Shown here: one piece after another, positions 48,299 to 62,048 of the stretch
How the letters are laid out: each line of letters opens with the position of its first letter
Numbering within the stretch: the first letter of the stretch is position 1
NCBI GenBank assembly: GCA_965153455.1
Contig: OZ234493.1
Span: 4,650,001 to 4,714,000, forward strand
Source: Sphagnum compactum
Taxonomy: Eukaryota
Reading direction: 5' to 3'
Length of the DNA: 64,000 bases
The notes under the pieces: model-generated
Told to the model about the DNA's origin: nothing
Seen by the model: only the letters and a program-made list of their open reading frames with translations
Databases searched by the model: none
Program-made: the position numbers and the translations under genes

Positions 48299-50520
48299 AG
48301 CCAATAATATGTAGGAAAACTTTTAAATTCTCCTTTTCATTTCTCCATTAATTTTTTACATTTTGCATATCATGATATGTTTTAGGTTATTAAAGCTTGA
48401 TTGCTAAATCTAAGTGTGGATCAAGTCTTTGGAAAAATAAGGAAATTTGATTCTTGTAATATTCTTAGATGATTTGTGTTCAACAATTGATTTTTTGGTT
48501 GCTTAAGAATATAAGTTGATGATAATGATTAGATCATAATGTCCTTTTTTGTGGATTGTACAAAACATTAAGCATTGGGTTGAAAATTCTATTGTATTGC
48601 ATATCACTTTACAAAATCTAAACAATTTTAGGGCATTTCAAATTTTTGAAATGCCTCACATTATTTTTTCAAAAAATTCCCTTTACATCCAAAAGGCACT
48701 TGCTAGGTATCATGGGAAGAAAATAAAAACAATTATTTTATGTTGTAACACTTTAAGATGGGTAACAACTTTAGAACAGGGCATTCTTAAAATAAGTGCC
48801 CCTTGGATCTAACTTAGGGGGCATTAATTTTGGGAACACCTTATTCCTCAAGCATTACCTTTCAAAAATATAGCATTGTACCCATGGCTAACATTCGGAA
48901 ATTTCTTTAAAAAATTTGATTTTTTCAATAAAAAAGGTTCAACATACCTTTTTTTAAAATTTCAAAACTATAAAAATTAATGTTTAGTACAAGAGGTGCA
49001 CATGAGTTTCACAATATATAATGATATACTAGTGAGGGTCAATCCTTGCTTTAAACCAAGTCAAAGTTCAATTCCTAGGTTTTTTGGTAGGACCACCCTT
49101 AGATTTTGTTTTTGGATTTCCTTCTTGGGAATTATTTAATGCAAAACCTTAGTATTAGGTATGGTAATTAGCAAAAGTTAAGACTTGATTGTGCACATTG
49201 ACATTCATGTTACTTTAGTTGAAACTTTTTTTTAATGTTGGTACAACTTTGTACATTATTGGATTTAAGGTTTAGATCAATAGATCAATCATCTTGCATA
49301 TTCATTTATTTCGAAATAACATATTATTAAAATTTGTTCAAGAACTTCAATACAATAGGATGAAGAACATGGAAACCTAAGTCCAAGTGATATTGCCATT
49401 GAGGTGAAGGTAGTCACCTCATTAAGGTCCATGTCACTTTACTCGGTTTGAAATAGAAAACCATTTTACTATTATTTTGGGCATTTTTTTGTCCTCATAT
49501 TCTTTTGACCATCTTTTTATTTTGGCAATCTTATTTTTGGACTTTAAAAAAAAATTCATCCTACTTATGTACAAAAGATGCCTCACTCCATGAAAACAAA
49601 TGTTAGGCAAAAAGGTAATGAACTCTTCCCAAAAAAGAAATTTTGTACATTGAAACATTTGTCACATTGGAGTGGAAGGTTTAGATGTTAATCCATGATG
49701 CATTTTGGTGGTGGAAGAATTCTTGTATATTTGCGGTGTGTGCTTTGGAGTAGGGAGGATCATCATGTCATTTACATATGCCAAATGGTTTAAATAGATT
49801 GCACATTCCCAGTCGACTTCTTGCTATCAATCAAGTAGTGAATAGTCAACTTCTCTGGAATCATCCATTGAAGGCTCCTATTGGTCATGCGGTTCATTGC
49901 AAGCTTTTCAAGGGTCAAGATTTGCACATTTTTATTGGGATGGTAAGATAATGTTTGAATGATGTAAGCAAGGAATGTTTCAAAGTTGTTGATGTAAATG
50001 TTTCTAGTGTGGAGAAGAATGTTAACATAATGAAGATACAAAATTTAGTGCAGTTGCTACTGAAAATTGTATGGTGATGTTTGGTGCCAATATAATTGAT
50101 AGGGATTTTGCATGGTGCAAGGACTAAATGAAAAATAAAACAATATTTTCTTTCCCATCTTGGTTATTGAACATGATTATATTTGGTCAATTATATCCAA
50201 TAGTTTCGTGGGTGGTCCCCTCAAGGCGAGGAGGTATGGATTTTGATAGAGAATGTTCAATTTGGAAGTGCAATATGATAATGCCAATTAACCCCATTTC
50301 CAATTATATATATAGCCACCACCATGACAAAATGTAGGTCCTACTATTGGATTTAGGCAAAATTACATCATAGTTTTAGCTACATAAAATAGTCATTTTG
50401 TTACAAATTGAAAATTGTTTCACATTGGATAGGCCATGTAGGAAAACCTTTGTTCACAATTTCACATATATGTTATTAAAATAAGAATAAAGATGGTGTG
50501 AAGAGGATTTAACATTCTTC
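44690..50520. mobile_element. Old element with long degenerate inverted arms (MULE/Foldback-like)
   Basis: Colinear inverted matches: 44755-44820 vs 50398-50470 (TTGTTACAAATTGAAAATT), 44845-44907 vs 50305-50375, 45068-45090 vs 49369-49390 (CACTTGGACTTAG), and 45523-45580 vs 49238-49293 (ATGATTGATCTATTGATC.AAAC.TTAAATCCAAT). Exact ends and TSD not resolved. Confidence 0.5.
48249..48298. repeat. (TA)n microsatellite
   Basis: About 25 TA units with one interruption; shorter runs near 35357 and 52137. Confidence 0.95.
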
Positions 50521-53500
50521 CTTAAATAACCTGGTCCTTTCAAAAGTGAAAAGTGTTTGTGGAAATCACTAGTTGCATGCACTTACATGGAGTCCAAACA
50601 CACAAGTAGAATAATGATTAAACTTTTTTGGGATTGAATGACAAGCACCACAAAATTGTGAGACATTTAATGTGATTGAACTAAAAGATTAAAGTATATA
50701 ATTTTTTTGAGCTTATGGAATAATAGTTTTTAAAAATTATTTAATAGGCAATCAAGTAGGTTATTATGAAATGCAAGTAGGTTTAAATCCTACTTTTACA
50801 ATGTCATCTTTTATAAAAGTAGGTATAAGTAAACTAAAATAATTTCAAATTCAATGTTTTTAAAGTGAGAGGCATTAAATATACTATAGGTTTTGTGAAA
50901 ACATGCAATTTGTAAAGTTATCTATTTTCTTTTTGAATGGAAGTACCTTTTAACATGGATTCCATAAATATATGTTTGAATATATTTTCAATGCACTTTT
51001 ACATGGTAAATTGTTCATCAAGCTTTAAGTCTGGCTCCTTATGAGGTTAATAGATGAGGTGGAATGATTGGTATTGTAATAAAATAATGTATTAAACTAC
51101 TTTCATGCTTACATGTGAATGTAAGATAATTAATTATTTGTTGACTACTATTTTGGTCTAATTGACTTGCTTTCACCCCATGGCATGTGTCATTAACCAT
51201 AGTACTTAAACATAGTAAAAAGAAATAGGATTTACAAAACACTGCATAGTAAATCCTATTTCTTTTCATATTTGTTTGACGAAAGGCATTGAAATTTTAA
51301 TGTTGTTTGAGTTTTCCTTTGCTTGCAGTGAACATAAATTTTCACATGTGACATTATATATCCAACCTTGATGTAGTTCATTAAAGTTTAAACATATATT
51401 GTATTTTTATTTATTTTTGAAATTCATGTAACTTAACTCACTATTCACTAGATGAAAGTTTATTCATGAACGTTCTTGCCTTTCATTCCAGAATCAATGA
51501 AATTCATTGATCATCATTTAATTCATCAATCATGGATGCATTTCATCCATGATCATCCATGTTTCAACCATAATGGATCTAATTCATTCACACCACATCC
51601 ACTTTTCATCCATAATAAATATTAATAAGGTGTTCAAGAATTTTCTTTGCACTATGGATCATATGGAACTAGATTTTGAGCTTGCTTCCGAAGTGAGTAA
51701 TGAAACTACTAAATTACCACCCCTCCCCCCAAAAATATCTTTAATATGTTGAATAGGAGTATGAAGTATGAACTTATGCTATAACATGTTTATTTCATTT
51801 CATGTTTTTAATCTTCTCATGTTATGAATAAAATTTTAGTTAAGTATTTCTTCTATGTTTCGTCACGTGGTTTTAAATATAATCTTTTGTGTGTGTTGGA
51901 TTTAAGTTTAGACCTATTTCATTCACTATGCCAAAAAAATGACTGTGTGACTACATGACTCCATAGTTCAATCAAAGTTGTCACTTTGTCCATGGCATAT
52001 ATGTATGTGTCAACATGGTGGCAATGTGGGTTCAATAACATGTATAGGGAAAAAAATAAAAATGTAAAAAAATAAGTTTGCTTGAAAATCAATTTATTCA
52101 TAGATTAATCTAGATAGACATGTTATTGAACCTTCATTATATATATATATATATATATATGGTCAAATTGATGAGTTTGATTTGCCTACAAATGTATAGG
52201 TACAAGTGTTTGATTAAATTATAGTCATGTACATCAATGTTGTTGGTTGGAATTGAACCCTCACTTCCTTGGCCATAAACCCAACTCCTCAACTATATAA
52301 TTTTCTCATTAAAATTAATTTCACATTCTTTGAGTTTGTAGTTACATTTAATTTGACAAAGTATTATGTTTTGAATGTAAAGAAATTTGAAATTTGAGAT
52401 TTTTAGTCCAGGCATTCAAATGTGATGATTTTGACTTTGAATTCAAATATAATATCTTAAATCACAATGAAATAAAATTACATAGGTAGTTTCATTGGTC
52501 TTTAATTTCATAATTAAGTTTGATCTCACAATTTGGAGGTTCATAACTACATTTAAATTTATAATTTCTTCAATTTCAAATGCAAAGTTAGGAATTTAAT
52601 TTTAATTATTTGGGTCATAGTTTCAAATATAATGTCTTTAAAAAAATTAAACATCAAATTAAATTTTTAAAAAACTTAGTGGAGTACTAAGTTTTTTTGG
52701 TTTTGTTTGTTTTAACTTAGATGAGCCATAATGAATTATGGAAAAACCTTGTCCATGAAAGAACATAATGGAAATAATATCAAAAATATTAGTTTCATGA
52801 TTGCATGTAAATTTTTTAAAAATTCAGTCTCAAAATGAAAAACATTTATATGAGATTATAATATCTATTTCTGATTTTTCAAAATAAGTTTTTAGAAATT
52901 ATGTAATTTTATAATGTGAATAACTAAGTAATCATGTAATACCAATGATGACCAGGGGAGGTTAAATATGTACAACTAGATGATGCACATGACTACATCA
53001 TATATGATTTAAATTGGGACAATGTAGTTGCACAATGTTTCTAGAGTCATGTTTGTTGGGCTTGAGTGTAGTAGTTATAGTTTGTTGTAGACCACATCAC
53101 CCAGTTGCCAACTCCACTTCATCACATCGACTACTTGAATGCACTTCAAGTTATCCAATATTTTAGATTTATGGGTTGTGTATTGCTTGAACTTTTGATT
53201 TTGGCACAACTTTTTACCCAAATAATTTCCCATAATTTAGAAACATTAATGGCCTACCTTGTTAATAAAAAGATTCAACATCATGATAAAATAATTAATT
53301 TGATGAATGTTTCAAACTTGAAAGGAACCTTTTCAAGTTGGCCTCTAAAGTTTTTTTATATATTTTCTACAAAGAAAAAAAATCAATTTTGAACTATGCC
53401 CAAATGCAATGAAATGAATTTTGATGTATTCAAAACAACCTAATTTAATGAATTTTTTTTCAAGGGATGAACGAAATAATTAGATGAACCAACTCCATCA

Positions 53501-56500
53501 GATTTCAAGATGAAATAATTTTATTTGTGGAATGTGTTTGTATAATTGAATAAAAATTTAAGATCTCTCAATCAAGACAAGTTTTCAAGTAATAAAAGTT
53601 GAACTTTTTTGAAAAGGTGGCAAGTTGTCTAGACTTTATAAGTAGTTGATGGGTTTTAATTAATTGTAGGCAAACTTTATGGGTACTTGATGAGTTTTAA
53701 TTAGTTGCACCTATGCATCCATAGCTTTAATTTTCATTAATCTCCATATGTATACCATATGCAATCTTGGGGCATGTGTAATGTGTACATGGAATTGGAC
53801 TAGTTTTCAAACTAGGCCTAAAGGTTCTTAAGTTTGAACATTTGTGCAAAAACCAAATCCATAGGGTTTAGAAATATGAAGAACCATGTTCAAACCCACA
53901 CTTAGAGGACCTAACAAAAAACAAGTATTATTTAAAATGTGACCAAAGGTTTTTTTAAGAAGGAAAAACCAACCCACGTTGGTAATTAAGTTGGTTTTCT
54001 TGACTATAAATTCAATCATAACAAACATTGGAGAATTTTGGCCTCAATTAGAGTGGACCAATTGTTTATACCCAAAAATTATCAAGTTGATGATGACTAA
54101 GATGATCCAAGTGTTAAACAATGTGGCAGGACTAATATATTTTTAAATAAAATTTGAAATAATTTTAGTATATAAAAAACTAACACCTCAATATTAATTA
54201 CCACATGTGATAGCCACAATTTGAACACATGGCTTGCCTACTTACTTACCTACCTATCTAGCCACCATAATTGCATACCCCCCATGCATGCTTATTTATT
54301 TATTTAATATTATTATGTACCACATCATCATGACTATTTTGTCATGTAAGTCATTATCATAAGATTTTCAAAGTGACATTTGAACCAGTGCCTCCTTAGT
54401 CACAATCTGAGGCCTTATTTATTTGACCATCACTTTGCATGATGAAAACTAATGGCATCGTAAAAAATACAAACACACATCCATTTTCAAATTTTCACAT
54501 AATAACATTATCACGAAATTTATGTAGTTGCATAATTAGATTGAAAATTGTAATGTGTTTCAATTTCTAAATATAAAAATAACTAGTTTCATGTTTTTAA
54601 AAAATACAAATGCAAATTTTTCAATCTTGATTTAGGTTATAGATTCAGATTTATAACGTTAGTTAAATTGAGTTTGTTTAATTTTTCATTTGACTTAGGT
54701 TAATTCCAAATGGCAAAAAATTACATTATTTTTTATAGTTTAATTTGTGCCTCAAATTCAAGTATCACATTTATTTAGAATAAAATTTGAAGGATTTCAT
54801 AATGAAATGAATTTCATATTTAAAAGTATGTCTTTGATTTCATAAGTCTATTTAGTTTCATAAATTTCAAATTTAAAGAAATTACAATTGGTTCAAGAAA
54901 CAAATTCAAAAATGTTAATGCATAGAGCCTTTTAATTATGTGCTATTTGCATGGTACAACATAGACACAAAAAATATCATAGTGTTGTAGTTGTCATGAC
55001 AAACAAAATTTGAATGATTTGGGGACATAATAAGAAAAGGTTTAATGATCAAAATGAGCCATCAAAGGTGGTTCACATCTTAATTTATCATATGTTGATA
55101 TATTGGTGCAAATAAGAATGATGTAATAGTGCTTTGGAGTACATTTGTAACATGCAATCGCTTGTCATAGAATGACTACTTTAACAAAAGGACTAAGAAG
55201 TACTTCTTTTAGTTGAAAATTTTCAATGAAATTTTGTACATCAATGTATATTGAACAAAGAGCAACCTTCCATCAAAGTTTACATCTAAATTATATAATT
55301 TTTTTTAATGGTACATGATGTTGTAATAATGGTGATCATTATGATGTTTGTTATTTGTATAATATTTTTCCATTGAACATGTAAATGCCTTGGAAATTAA
55401 TTTTATTTATCCACAAAAATGAAGTAAAGTTTTTGAATTAGTAGGAACATGGTATACAAGTATCAACCAGGTTGTTTAAAAAAAATTCATAATGTGATTA
55501 TGTACATTTACTCAAAGAAAAAAATATGAAGCAATTTGATATTCATGATTGTTTTAACTTATTTTACTTTTAAGGCCCAAATCAAGTAAATGTGATTTGA
55601 GATTTTCATTAAATGAATATTAAATTTTGATATTTTTAGTAGTTATGTACATTTAGTTTGACTTGTTTTGTGTCCATAGTAGCATGCAAACACCCTATGA
55701 TAGTGTAATAATGCAATTATGGTATGAAATTAATCATGTAATTAATTCTATGCAATTTTGTAATAAACTTAATCTCACATGTGAAGTATATAATTATGAA
55801 TTGAAATTATTCAATACAGTTAATTATATGCAATTATGAATTGTAATATAATTAATTACACATGTGAAGTACATAATTATGAATTTAATCTATAATTTCA
55901 TAGGTTATATTGGAATTACCTTCATAATGTATGAAAATTATGAAATATGATAACCATCAACTATCAATTTTTTAATAATTAATTTCAAAATAATCACACA
56001 ATAATGTTTTACATTTTAATGCTCACAAAAAAGTAGCATCAAAGGTGTAGTCATGGTAATATGTATTAAAATAGCTGTAACCATAATTTAATATTTTAAA
56101 TATTAAATTGATAATTTAAGTTGGTGTTGAAATTTTTAATTTGATTATATTATAAATAAATTATGGAAACATGTGAATAAATTTGAAATCAATTTGATGA
56201 ACAAAATACCCAAAAATACTTTTGAAATAATTATAATGAATGTTCTTAAATAGAAAATGACTTGTAAAATGAATTAAGTTTTTTGAGAATGGAATAATTT
56301 TGTAAAGTTTTAGTATGAACTGTAACATAATGTAAAACTTTTAAAAAATTATTTAAAAAGATTTTTTCCAAAGTATTTCTAGAATATTTTGAAAATATCT
56401 CAAATTAAACAATCATCTAAGGGGGCATTGTTGGGTCCTACTAGCATGAATGGACCTTCAAAAGTAGCATTATAATCACATGTGTCATAAATGTGAATGA

Positions 56501-57927
56501 TTGATTTTAATTGGATCAATGAAAATTTACAAATGGACATGTAGGCCTATATTCACCACATGCATAACATTTTGTTCAATTTGACTAATTATTTTTAGTC
56601 ATAATGAACATATTTAGTTTTCATTTTTGTCAACATAGACATACTCAATCATTTCACACTAATAAGTTTGATTGTAAAGTTGGTTTAGTCATGATTGAGG
56701 TTTTTTTTCTCAAAATTCTCAAGTAGGTCCACTAGCAAGAATTCCCAACATTAATTAACATTAAATGGTGATTTTTCTAGGTGGGCTACAACTTTTTTAC
56801 AAAAGTGTTGTTATAGGTGGTGATGTAAGAAGTTCCAAGGTCTAAATATGGTTAATTTAATTATTTTTATTTCAAAAATGGCAAAAAAGATCCCTAAAAG
56901 TCATAAAATTTTCTTTTTTTTTCATTTACAATTTCTGTTTGACAAGTTGCAAAAACAAGCCCAAAATGAAAAACTAGTCATGATGCTATTAACATAAAAA
57001 TCAAAATTTTATAATATTAGTGAATTAATTAGTGGCTAAAATGTATAAACATGTTCAAAGTGGCAAATGAAAGTCTACAATTTGAACTTACTAAAGCTCT
57101 TGCAATATAGTAGTTAGCAAGTTATCCATCCAATGTGCATTCCCCTATACTTTTGGTAAAAAATATTCATAAGCCTCCTCATAAATATATCACTAGACAT
57201 GTGTATCAAAAACGCAATGTAAAAGCTTGAAGATTAGAATTGAAGGTTGAAGGTAAAATAAACTTATATTAGTTCCATGATGAAAAAAAGATTTAAAATC
57301 AAATGTAATAGTACAATGCTAATGTTGAATATGAATTTATATATCAAGTCCATCTAGAGTTGAAAGAAACTATGATCTTGTGACATCCAAAACAATCCAC
57401 TTAACATTACTTTGACCATGTTCTTGTTGCAAACTTTTTAATTGCCAAGCATTCAAATTTAATCATTCAATGGCAATTTTTTTTTTTTTCATTAGATAAT
57501 ATGATTGTCAACTTTGGTCACCAAATATTGAAATTTAATTGGTGCATTAGTTAAAGTGATTAAAGATTGTAATTAGAAGATAATGAAATTGTCAAATGCA
57601 AAAACTTATCCACATAAGTTAATGATTGCATTTTGATAAAAATAATTTTAATCATTGTGCAAAAATGCTAAACTTGATTAATTTAGTTGACAATTGAATT
57701 ACAATCATGCCATAAATCAATCAATAAGTTTAATTACTACATGTCAAATTTTGATCACCTTTGTTACTTATTCAACCCAAATTTGATAATTAAAATAAAT
57801 TGGCATTAGGTGTGGTAACCAAATGTTGATTACAACATGACTAAATCACAATGTTGTTTGTTATGTGCAAAAACTTGGTAGAACTAATTGTTGACTAAGT
57901 TTTGGGACCACAAGTTTGATCACCAAT

Positions 57928-58102
57928 AACTAAAGTCACATTAATTTAACCTCCAATGTTAAAATATCATTACATTAGTTGAAAATAAAATTGTAATCAT
58001 CTCATAATTTGGTTAACTAAAGTCACACTAATTTAGTCTCCCAACATTAAAATATCATTACATTAGTTAAAAATAAAATTGTAATCATCTCATAATTTGG
58101 TT
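57928..58102. repeat. ~87-bp tandem duplication
   Basis: AACTAAAGTCACA.TAATTTA...TTAAAATATCATTACATTAGTT.AAAATAAAATTGTAATCATCTCATAATTTGGTT occurs twice. Confidence 0.9.
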
Positions 58103-61100
58103 CTCATCTGATTAAGTTTAGTCCCAATTGCCACCAATTGACAACCAAATGTTCTTTAAGACATAATTCAATCACCAAGGCTAATTGTCTATCACACTTG
58201 GGCTTTGCGTTACTCCACATTACTAATGACAATCAACTTTTTTTCTTTTTTCTTTTTTCCTTTTTTTAATGTTTTCATATGTTTTCAGTAATTCATTATT
58301 ATTTATATCGATGTCAAATTTAATTTGAATTAATATAAATATAATGTACATCAAAAGGCATGTCCCCGTTGGTGGGTAGGAAAATGAGTGAAGTAGTTTG
58401 ACTTGGAAATGAGGTAGGTATGAAATGACTATATGAAGGATTATGCAAATCTCCCATTTACTAGTAGTTTCTTGAAACTTTTATTTGATATAACTAGTTG
58501 GAGACCATGTTGTAGGGGCAACAAACTTGAGTCACAAAATACACTTGGCAAATGTTTAGATTTTTACTTTAGATGGTGATTGGATTTTGGTTGCAAGAAT
58601 TCACACACCAAGTCTAGTTGACAAGTTTGAAACTTTTTATTTCATTAGTTGGGATTCTTGTGGTTTGCATGAATGTTGTGATTGATTATAGTGCTTTTGC
58701 TATTTGAAAGCAAGTTTGTTTAGAAAAAGAGAAATAATGAAAAACAACCTTCCAAATATAACTTGGTTGGGTTGATCAAAATTCAAAAACTTGTCATCCT
58801 TCATTCCAACTTAATAAATGAATGGTAATATATGTAATAAAAAAGTGATGTTTGTTTATTTGTGTTGTCTCACCCTACTTCTTCAAAACCTCACGATTTC
58901 ACTCCTTTCCCTTACCCACTTAAATGGATATGAAAAGGAAAATTAACACATGCCTTTACGGGCATTTTATCTATATTAAAATAATTTAATAATCTACTTC
59001 TTTCAAGTTTATGTGTTTAACCTCTTTTCCCTTCGAATTTACATGGACATGAAAACACACAAATTTGAAATGTAGCATAAATGATTATGAACTATTGGGA
59101 ACCATTTGGAAACATAAGAGAGAGAAAAAAGGGGAGGATGAAAAGGGGAGGAGATTTTTGTTTTGTTTGGAACCTCCTTGCCCAAAAGGCAAGGGTATTA
59201 CACTTGTGCAATGAAAAAAACATATTTTTCGTTTTAAAAAATAGATTAAATGACATCCATGTTGTCAACAACATCCCAATCCACCCCTTTTTTTTCTTTT
59301 TTACCTTATCTTCCCATATGTTCCCAATAGTTTATTAACATTTATATCAAATCTCAAAATTATATTGTGCCTTTTCATTTGCATGTAGTGGGTAAGGGAA
59401 ACAGGTAAGGTAGTTAGCCTTGAAAGTGGTAAGGTATTGGATTATTTTTACATAAATAGCATAGAAATGGGAGAGCAGATGTTAAGCTACCTTTTTATAT
59501 CCACGTTGGTGGGTAGGGAAAAGGAGCTCAAGGTAGTTAGGCTTGCAAGAGGCAGGTGTAAATAGATAGACATTATTTATTTATACAGATCTAGATTAGT
59601 TGGTAATTGAACTACTTCATCCAAATTAATTGAATTTCATGCATCCATACGTCCATTTAAATCCATGAATGATATTTATGGATGTAAATACATGAAATTT
59701 GGCTAAATTTCAATGGATGAAATAACATTATGGATGAACTACATTCGTGGATGAAAAAGAATCCATTTATGATATTTCCTAGATCTAAACTTTGTTTTGT
59801 CTATAAATATCATAAAAGTTTGCCCGTTCATCCATGAAATTTCATCCACAAAAAAATTACAAATGAAATCTCATATGTCCATTCAATGGATTTGTGGATG
59901 CTTTTTCATGGATGTTCATTCATGGAAGCTACATGAATTTAATCGGATGAAATAACCTACAAATGAATGATCTCAAGGAGGAAATAAAATCATAAATCAC
60001 ATTCAATGGATGAAACTTGTTTGATCTTCAAGTATTTAAAAAGTTCACTTAATTACTGCATTCTTTAATGTTAAAAATAATTCTGAATCCAATTGGGTTA
60101 TTTTGCATCAAACTTTTTTGTAACTGATGAAATTAAAAATGAAGAAAACAAAAATAAAGTTATATTGGAGGGTGTCAATTGTTATGAAGAGAAACTAAAT
60201 GAAAAAGGAAGGAAAAATTGCCAAATTGCTATATTTGCTTCAAACAAGTAGCCAAGAATATACAAGGAAGATTAAGAATTTGTTCTTCATGTTTGGTTTG
60301 TAGTGAGGTTTGGCTAAATCTTCCTAGGGTGATTGCCCTTTTTTTTACGTCTTCCTATGGACAATCGTCAATTAGGCTACATTAAAAAATTCCTGAAAAA
60401 AACATTGTTGCAAATCCATCAAAATTCATCTCAATTCATTTCAACATAACTCTTGCATGAATTCAGCCAATTGATGTAGTTAGATTCCTCCATCAAAATC
60501 ATTTCATCCATTGATGTGGATTGCTTGTGGTCACATGTTATCCATCAATTTAATTTGGATGATCATTTATGTTTTCATTTTCATCTCATTCAAGGGGCTT
60601 ATGTTCCACATCCTTAACAAAAATTGGACATTGGGAGAACATAAACTTTGAGCTCTAAACCTTCCAAAATTGCTTTCACTATGTAGTTAAAAAAAACTCT
60701 AGAGGATAACTTGAAAGGTCTCCTCTCTTACAAAGAGCCATCAAAGTTTTGGAAACCGAATTATTGAACCTTTCTGAACTGGGCAGCCTATGAAGAATTT
60801 TTAATTTTGAGAAGTCTTACTCTTGTGGCAAAATTTTGGGCAGTGAAATAACATATTTCAAACATCAAGCAATTTTTTTGGGCAGCTCAAAGTGGATAAG
60901 GACAATCTACAGGATGAAGTGGACTCACATTGTAAAGTTGATGGCTTAGCAAAGTGGACTTTTTGACTAAATTATGATCATTTAAAAAAAATTTGGCAAT
61001 TCCAGAAGGTAATTAAATTATTTTATAACATCCAGTCATAAAATATTATTATTTAAACTGCCAATCATAAATTTTAAAATTAAAAGAATATTAGGCACTT

Positions 61101-61270
61101 TGTTGCCAAACCAGTCTGGGTACTACAGTGGTTCAGAAAGTTTTGAGGTGTTAAAAATATTCTGTGACAAAATCTGGGCAAAATCCCATTGGATGGATGG
61201 ATGGATTATGTGACACAGCACCCACCACTGGTAGTGTGCACCATCCATAGAAAACTCATTACAACTCCAA

Positions 61271-61591
61271 GGCCCACTTTAGATGGTGTCGGGTCCAGAT
61301 TCCTAGGAACAAATTTGGACTCATTTGAAGCAAATTGAATCCTTGAGTTTGGACCCTGCCTTGGACCCTAGCCTTGCATCTTGGTTCTCCAAATCACAAG
61401 CTCTCCTTTTGAGTTCTTTGTTTTCGTCCGAATCAATTGATTTGCCCTCCAAAATGGTGCCATGTGGGTTTAGCCACTATTTGGTCTTGGACTTTCATCT
61501 ATAGGATGTGGGCCCAATTTATGACTCTCACCCAATAGGATTGTTCTATTTCATTGGACCTTGGACTTTAGACCCTCATCTAAAGTGGCCC
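61271..61591. mobile_element. Tourist/PIF-Harbinger-like MITE (~320 bp)
   Basis: TIR GGCCCACTTTAGATG / CATCTAAAGTGGCCC (14/15), with extended imperfect similarity (GTCCA / TGGAC). Flanked by CAA and TTA, an imperfect match to a TWA TSD. Confidence 0.6.
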
Positions 61592-61611
61592 TTAGCTCTC
61601 TAGATGAACCA

Positions 61612-62048
61612 TTTTATTTTAATGGTCATGGAGGTGCACGGGGCGTCTAGGTGTGATATGGATGTTTCATCAGGGTGTGCTCATTTTTTTCACTATAGAC
61701 AATCAAGAGGTCATTTATCTTTGTCTTCTGACATTCAATTTTTCAGGCAATGTGTTAGTATTGCTTTCTAATGTGCTTTAGCCTCTGCTTTAGAGAGAAA
61801 GATTACGTTGGCATGTGATGTTTCTTTTAGACCTCCCATTATTATTAGATCTCGTGATTTGCATGCTGACGACATTAGAGGGGCCGTGGGTGAGATAGCT
61901 TTCGACCACGAAAGAGACTAGCTCTCGCCCTCTTTTGGGGCCCTTTGGGCTGTGCATCTTTTGGCCTTTCCTTGGCCTCCCCCTTTTTGTCTCACTGGGA
62001 TGGTTCTGACCATTGTTCTTTTATTGGGTTTTTTGTGTAAAAAAAAAA
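61612..62048 (+). mobile_element. 5'-truncated non-LTR retroposon 3' end (probably CRE-clade, RLE-domain C-terminus) with poly(A) and 10-bp TSD
   Basis: TSD AGATGAACCA at 61602-61611 and 62049-62058, with an A-tail at ~62039-62048. The frame reads FILMVMEVHG...FFRQCVSIAF*CALASALER...HERD*, resembling the FxPxxxExxG...RQRxSIALQRxxA C-terminus of CRE-type ORFs. Confidence 0.72.

Noticed and set aside
50600-57900. Long gene-free stretch
   Set aside because: AT-rich decayed repeats; no exons, RNA genes or bounded elements supported.
59610-60590. TGGATGAAA/TTTCATCCA-rich region (also 51440-51610) and GGAACC-rich region 62100-62360
   Set aside because: Probably decayed TE subterminal repeats, but no boundaries or periodicity could be defined.
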